64,000 nt of DNA from Octopus vulgaris. Taxonomy: Eukaryota. Positions within the stretch are counted from its first letter, which is position 1. Each line of letters starts with the position of its first letter. The notes beneath the pieces were generated by a model, which saw only the letters and a list, made by a program, of their open reading frames with translations, searched no databases and was not told where the DNA came from. Below, one piece after another: positions 57,385 through 64,000 of the stretch. The stretch lies in the NCBI GenBank assembly GCA_951406725.2, contig OX597834.1:3472001-3536000 (forward strand). Reading direction: 5' to 3'. Made by a program: the position numbers and the translations under genes.

Positions 57385-59510
57385 ACTTCTTTATTGGCCA
57401 CGCATAGAGGGGACAAATACAATGTAGAGTTTTTCTTTTCGCGGGGGGTGGGGGCGAAAAAAATAGGGAAAACGATCAAAAAGGGAATCAAAATCGTTTG
57501 GGATATACAAAAGTCGAAATAGTACAAAAAGTGGGGAGGTTTATCCGTGGAAAGAAAACCCTGCGAAAAGACTACGGTAACCTCGGGCAATAATGTCATA
57601 CAATAACACATTTACAAGTAGGTAACTCTCTTTTTACCTTTGTTTTTTAGGGTTTATAGGATCATGCTCAAGGTGGCTCCGTCATTCACACGTGCCATCC
57701 TTGCTACATTCGCTAGACAAAACTTTCCTCTCTACTCTCACCTTCCTCAAGTGATGAAAGAATGATCAGAGAGGAAAGTGTTTGTCTCTAGTCCTTTCAG
57801 ACGCGTCCATCACACACATTCATTCGCCATAACCACAAGTACGATGAAAATGGCTCTTCCTTCCCGTTTGAAGGAAGGAGGCGTGACAATATTGACGATA
57901 GACTCGGCTGATAAACCGACACGTCCCACACGTGACAGCAGTCGTTCGACATAAGCCCACAGATTGGAAATGGTAGACACTGCACGAGTGCGTGCAGAAC
58001 GGTTTCGTCCCTCTCACCGCATCTCGGACAGGTCGGCCTTGTGTTCCTCGAGCCATGCTTGTAAAGCTTATCCCGAACGGGTAGCGCTTCTCGATAGCAC
58101 TGCCAGGCCAGGGATATCTGGAAGTTGTCCATAGGTCCCGGCCCGAAAGTCGTCTTGAACAGGCGGGTCAGGTAATCCTCGTCGATGCCCAGGTTCGTCC
58201 CGAGATCATCGTCGTACCTCCCCTCCACTAATTCCCTATAGAATGCTTTGGTTATGATGCAGTCGATCAAGGTCGATCCGGACGGCATAGTTGCTTGAGA
58301 GCAACGCGACACTCGCGGTGCCATTCGCCCTTCTTTAGCCTCTTCTTGATCCACGACTGCAGCTCGGCCATGGAGATGAGCTGCGAGAAAGCGCGCTGTA
58401 CAAACGGCGACTACACCTGTCCACCATCGTCTACGTAGAGCTGGAGATGTCGCAGTTTCAGCGCATATTTGCGCATCATCAACCACGGCATGTCCAGCCC
58501 TCTTTTTAGCGGGTGTTGGCAGCAAATGGCTCGCCTGACTATCAGAACACTTCCTTTCCACAGGAAGCGGAAGAGGATACGTTCCAGCTTGGTGATGGTA
58601 GGGTCGGGATAAGGCATGACGGTCAGGCGGTAGTAGATGACGGACGCGATGTACACGTTCGCCACCTCTGCCCGACCTTTTAGGGACAGTTTCCTCTCGG
58701 CCCATTGCCGGGAGAGAGTGGTCACCCTACTCGTTATCCCGTCCCAGCTCTTCTCCGTTTGGAGGTTCGGACCAAACCAGACCCCGAGCAACTTGACCGG
58801 ATTGTCGGTCCATCGTCCCACGACGGAGGCGCTGCTGGACGGCATGGGCTTGCTTCTCCAGGTGCCGAGTTGCAAGCCCACTGACTTTTCCCGGTTGATT
58901 TTCGCTCCTGTCACCGCTTCGTAGTCTTTCAGTGTCTCGCCGACCAGCTCGATGTGCTCGTGGATAGACACTATGACGGTGACGTCGTTCGCGTACGCGA
59001 ACACGCTCGTCCCGCACACCAGTTCTCGCGGGAATCCCCTCAGCGTCGCCAGCTTCCGTAGTAATGGCTCGAGAGTTAATGCGTACAGAAGTGACGTGAC
59101 GGACCGAACGTGCAATGTCGAAAGGTCTCGATAGATGCCCATTCACGCGAATTACCGAACGATACCTCTTTATAGGGCAGCTATCCAGCCGCGGAAGACG
59201 GGACCGAAACCGGCTGCTATGAGGACAGCCTACAAGTATCGATGGTCTACCCTATCGAAAGCTTTGGATTGATCCAAATTGATCAGGGCCCCACTCATAC
59301 CAGGTTCGTTAACTACCCTGTCTATGATGTAGCGCATCAGATCGAGGTTGTCATGGATGCTCCGGCTCGGCACAGCACACGTTTGCGCCTTGTCGACCAG
59401 GTTCTCGATGACAAGCGCCAACCTCTTAGCTAACACCTTGGCCAAAATTTTCAAATCTGCATTGAGCATAGTGATGGGCCTAAATTTATCTATTACGTCC
59501 CCCTTATTTG
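57385..59510 (-). mobile_element. Tx1/L1-clade LINE, RT plus 3' part, decayed
   Basis: RPITMLNADLKILAKVLAKRL, LDQSKAFDRVDH, AYAND, LSLKGRA; 3' part homologous to 48322-49470; ends ccaataaagaag then TCTA/TCTG repeats. Confidence 0.92.
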
Positions 59511-60400
59511 GAAGAAGATTCTTTGATAAGAGAAAAGATAGGAGAGGTGACAGATAGAAATGCGTCTGGACTGCGCAACAGACTGACGGAAAAGAAAGAT
59601 GATCACGTGAGGAAAGGAAAGATGGACGCAGTGTTCGCTACCTTACCTCGTCTGAACCTAACGGCCCTCCCTATTTGTATTTGTTTGGTTTGGTTTGTTG
59701 TATATCCTGTTTTATTACCAAATTTCACTCTCCGCAAATCCCAAATTTTATTTTGGTTCGCGGGAGCAACTACCTTCAAAGTCTTATCTTGTCGTTCTTT
59801 GCCCGGAATAAGGAGCAGAAGGTCAGCCGCCAACTGATGGAGGGTCGTTTTTTATGTTACTTGTCTTGTTTCCATTTGTTTCTCTCGTTCTTTGCGTATG
59901 GGTAAGACGGTTGACAGGAGCCGGCCAGGAAGAAAACTACCCCAGACTACTGTTTCTGCGTTGGTAGGATTTTTACGGCTGGATGCCCTTCCTAACACCA
60001 ACCACTCTGTAGAGTGGACTCAGTGCTTTTTACGTGGCTCTAGCACAAGCAAGGTTAATTTTGGCAAAAGTTTTACAGATGGATGTTCTTGCAAATGCCA
60101 ACCACTTTATAGTGTGGACTGGATGCTTTTTACATGGCACCAGCACTGGTTGAGTCACCAAGTAACTCGCAAGAAAAAGAATCTTGAGAGGGGCAGGGAA
60201 ATGTGAGGAGGGAAAGTTGTGTCAGTGGATGAAAGGTTAGACTGTGGCAGAGAGACAGAGAAACAGAAACAGGGGTCTTGCTATGGCGGAGGGGACATTG
60301 GAGGAGGTGATCCTGTCTCAAATGATGAAAGGTTAGAGTGTAACAGAGAAATAGATAGGCAGAAATAAGTGTCTTGCTATAGAGGAGGTACAGGGTTACC

Positions 60401-60443
<43 letters not shown>

Positions 60444-60699
60444 AGGAGAGGGACAAGAAGAGAGAGGTACAAGAATGCGGGCAGAGATAGGCGTGCTGCT
60501 GTAGAGGAGATACATGGCTACCCAGCCAGAGGGAAGAGCAAGGGAAAGAGAGAGAGAGTAGGAAACAGTAAAAGTGCAAGGGAGAGCAGGAGAGAGATGA
60601 TGAAGTGCCAGGGTATACTCACAAGTCACAAGAATCGGAGTAAGGAAGAGAGATGTACGAAGACCACAATATACAATACAGTGAGCAGCGATATATTAA

Positions 60700-61231
60700 G
60701 GGCAGGAAAAACTTAACCAACCTATTTTTAACTCTTTGTAATTTTTAGTTAGAAACATTTTGAAGGAAGAGTAGACAACCATCACAGTATAGACATCCAT
60801 TGACGTTTGGGAGTTGGTCAGCCATCTCATAAAGGATATATATATACCGACCGAATCAGCAATTTGTGCTGAGACAGAACTTCCCATCGTGACAGCAAAA
60901 CTATCAGACGTATCTTTACGGACCCATAGCTTATTTTCAAATTTAATGATTGATTTTCTGGCAGCTAACACCACATTAATTTCACCCCGGGTGGGACCTG
61001 CTTTGCTGTGTGCAAACCAGAGTGCTTTGTTAAGTACAATTGGATTAATGGAAGAATAGTAACTAGAAACGTCGGACTGGATAAACTTAGTCACTTCTTG
61101 TTATTAATAGAATTAAACAAGTCGACCGCTTGGAACGAATTACACCAAAAGTTAAGCTTTAATGTTTGAACTAAAGAAGGAATATATTTATCTAGAATAT
61201 TTTTACTAAGTACATCGATATCAGAGCTAGA

Positions 61232-61235
<4 letters not shown>
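60700..61235 (-). mobile_element. Penelope-like element RT fragment
   Basis: KFIQSDVSSYYSSI..ARKS..WVRK..F.VTMGS..AQIADSVGIYI resembles the PLE RT pattern (FDI..FYPSI, FDVTMGS). Confidence 0.75.
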
Positions 61236-61288
<53 letters not shown>

Positions 61289-61543
61289 GTATGCAGAGTT
61301 AGCGGTTGGAATAACCGTCTAAGGGATAAGAATATCCGTTCTTGTTATCAGTATCATTTACCTGTGCTATCTCTGGGCATGGGTATGCAAGCACACTATG
61401 CTCATAGGGTACAGGTAATAATTGAATAAACAAATGTTTATCAGGAATCAAAATTTACATAAGCAGAAAATGGAGAAAAACAAATTGATCAACATTGGTT
61501 AATTATTTTTCTTTTAATACAAAGCATAACATTACATTACATG

Positions 61544-61668
61544 ACATTTCTTACGGCCGTTTCGGCTGCCAATGTCAATCGGTGCTTACAGAGAAAATAC
61601 CGAAAATAATATTCGCCATCTTTATAGCACATTCGATCTAGGACATGGAGCTTCATCAGAGTGAATAC
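61544..61668 (-). ncRNA. Hammerhead ribozyme-like motif (type I, PLE-style), probably degenerate
   Basis: Minus strand: CTGATGA-agctccatgtc..gacattggcagcc-GAAA-CGGCCG-TA; core boxes intact, palindromic stem III. Confidence 0.6.
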
Positions 61669-62891
61669 AAATGCGTAAAATAAAATAAACGAGGGAAGAG
61701 GAAAGAAGTGGGCCTTGGGATGAGGCCAGAAGGTTCAATATATTCGAATCATACCATTTTGCAGTGTGAAACTTGAAGTCGATAGGCAAAAGAGTGAACT
61801 AGCAAATGAACTACAGAAATAATTTATGGGTTATTTCTTTATGTAGGGGTATCAGAGTGTATAAATAGTAGTAGAATAAAACTAATGCTAAAGTAAAACA
61901 GGAATCGCCAATTTGTCTAGAACAAGAATAGTACTTATGATTTCGTAAATAGAGCAAATTAATATTTATCCAAAATCAAACCCGTAGAGTTTCTATAATG
62001 GTGTAATTAATGAAATATTCTAGAAACCAAACACCTGTTGCCCGTAATGGAATTGATCAAAGTCCAGCCATCTCTACAATTGGTCAGTTATATTTAAACC
62101 AAGGACAAGTTAAGACCGTTACAGGGGTAGCCGTAAATAAAGACGAAAATGAACCAGTAAATAAAAAGGTATCGGGGAGAAGACTATGTTATAAGTGGCC
62201 CGAGGCCGCTTATGCCCCTCTACACCATCTCAACATAACATAAAATAGAAATAAAGTAAGTACTAGCAATCAATACGGCCAAAAACTTTTTAACAGTTAA
62301 GGTGAGACTACTGATAGGGAGCTGAATACTAATAGAAATTACCTTCGAAATATAATGCTAAACCTGACATCTTAAATAGCCAGCATACTTCCAAGTGGTG
62401 ATTACAAGATGTAAATGTCTACACGTTACTGAGTGCATTCTGCCTCTTAGACAACCACTTGAAGGTTTATCTTACTCCAGGCCAAAATAAGTTATAGCTG
62501 TAATTCAAAGGCACCAGCCTTGTCATATTCTGTGTGAGGTTGAATCTCCCCGAGAACTACATTAATGATATGCATGTCTGGGGATTACTCAGCCATTTGC
62601 GAGTTAATTTTATCCTCGTATGGTAATGAAAAGTGAAAGTGTCATCCTATATTTTATGTGTCTATGTATCTATGTACCAACTTTTCTTTCGATCTATGTA
62701 TCTACTGTCTCTCTCACTTTCTCTCTTTCTCTGTCACTTCCTCTGTGTCCCTCCTCTCTCCCGTTTTTAATTAAACAACGTGTGCATGTATCTGTGTGTC
62801 AAATTTTCTTTCGATCTATTTATCTACTTTTCTTGCGATGTAATAAACATTTAGAAACACAAAACGAACGCCATCACCACTCACTGTTTAT

Positions 62892-62933
<42 letters not shown>

Positions 62934-63196
62934 ATCTTTCACTCTCATTCTCTCTTTCTTTCTCACTCTCTCTTTCTCTCTTACTTCCTCTCTGTCCTCT
63001 CCCTCGCTTTGCCACTGACTTCTTCCTTTGAAGTAAGTGTGACACACACCACAGATGCGTACAAAAAGAACAAGTTGGCGTATTAATATTATTAATAAAT
63101 GTAACTATGTCTAATATAAATGTGTAAGCGTTTGTAAAGTATTTCATTGTTTTAGGTAAATTTTAAAATAAAATATTTTAACCTTTTTCAGGTTTC

Positions 63197-64000
63197 ATGA
63201 GGAAAAAAGTGAAAGAAATGAATAAAAAAGCAATAATTCCTATTCTGTGTTTGGGTACCACAATTTCCATATTTATTATACGGAGTTTCAACCTGAATAA
63301 GGAAAACATGCAATTGATAGAAATGGAAATTAACAAAGGATTCTTGGTTGATTCGAAAATGTGCAGGATACCAAATATTGATCCATTCGACATTTCCGTG
63401 CGTAAATATTTCTCGATAAGTAAATGGCGACCCTGTCCAGGTAAAGCTTCTTTGACGTACCAAGAGGATAATGTTTTGAGAATTAATAAAGCTGTTATCA
63501 TACAAAAGTATAAAAACAATTTCCATTCATGCAAAATATATCCAATAGTAAGGAATGATACTGACGATGATCATGTCGACTACATGAAGGAATCTTTACT
63601 GTTTAAATCAGATGTGAATATAACTGATGAATTTATTAGAGTTCAATGTTTTAATAGAAACAATAAAACAATTTCCACAAATTTCCACGCCTTTGTCCAG
63701 ATGAAAGAATTACGGCCTAAGGATACGAACCCATATAATACTGGTTACGATGGCATATACTCTTCAAAAGATTCTATGAAAAACATTGATTTTTCAAACT
63801 TTGCAGAAAACAAGCTTTCACTGAATGTTCTTTTAATTGGAATTGATTCAGTTTCGCGATTGAATTTCATACGACAGATGCCGTTAACTCGTCAGTTTCT
63901 ATTAAGTCATGGCGCTATTGAAATGTTAGGTTACAACAAAGTGGGTGATAATACATTTCCCAATATCATACCATTTCTTACTGGGAAATACCTAGAAGAA
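63197..64000 (+). CDS. DUF229-family protein (alkaline-phosphatase/sulfatase-like fold), 3'-incomplete
   Basis: Acceptor ttttcag at 63191, ATG at 63197, open to the window end (268 codons); hydrophobic anchor, CRIPNIDPF, EFIRVQC, NVLLIGIDSVSRLNFIRQMPLT, GYNKVGDNTFPNIIPFLTG. Missing from the ORF track because there is no stop. Confidence 0.9.
   Translation, partial: MRKKVKEMNKKAIIPILCLGTTISIFIIRSFNLNKENMQLIEMEINKGFLVDSKMCRIPNIDPFDISVRKYFSISKWRPCPGKASLTYQEDNVLRINKAVIIQKYKNNFHSCKIYPIVRNDTDDDHVDYMKESLLFKSDVNITDEFIRVQCFNRNNKTISTNFHAFVQMKELRPKDTNPYNTGYDGIYSSKDSMKNIDFSNFAENKLSLNVLLIGIDSVSRLNFIRQMPLTRQFLLSHGAIEMLGYNKVGDNTFPNIIPFLTGKYLEE

Noticed and set aside
59508-59905. Short ORFs after the Tx1 fragment
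   Set aside because: No recognisable motifs or splice structure.

Overview
Repeat-rich eukaryotic DNA, very probably an octopus or other coleoid cephalopod (inferred from the SINE/RTE/Helitron/microsatellite landscape). Four host genes are supported: (1) a short, intronless linker-histone H1-like ORF (11842-12192,+) with a canonical histone stem-loop, starting 14 nt after a 12 x 108-bp tandem array that ends like a Helitron; (2) intronless mitochondrial ribosomal protein L30 (14868-15545,-); (3) head-to-head with it, QTRT2/QTRTD1 (11 coding exons rebuilt by hand, 17325-38400,+, 402 aa), whose 8th coding intron looks like a U12-type intron with unusual AT-AG ends; (4) the start of a DUF229-family gene running off the window end. 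The rest is mostly decayed transposons: CR1-group, RTE (with a PHD finger inside the RT ORF), Tx1/L1-like, Penelope-like (with a hammerhead-ribozyme remnant nearby), Helitrons, Tc1/maT, pogo/Tigger, MITEs, tRNA-derived SINEs and microsatellites. Best leads: the AT-AG minor intron, the array/H1 junction, Tx1 copies tied to (TCTA)n, and an inverted duplication extending past a Helitron end. All calls were made by eye without database searches, and repeat boundaries are approximate unless a TSD or terminus is quoted.
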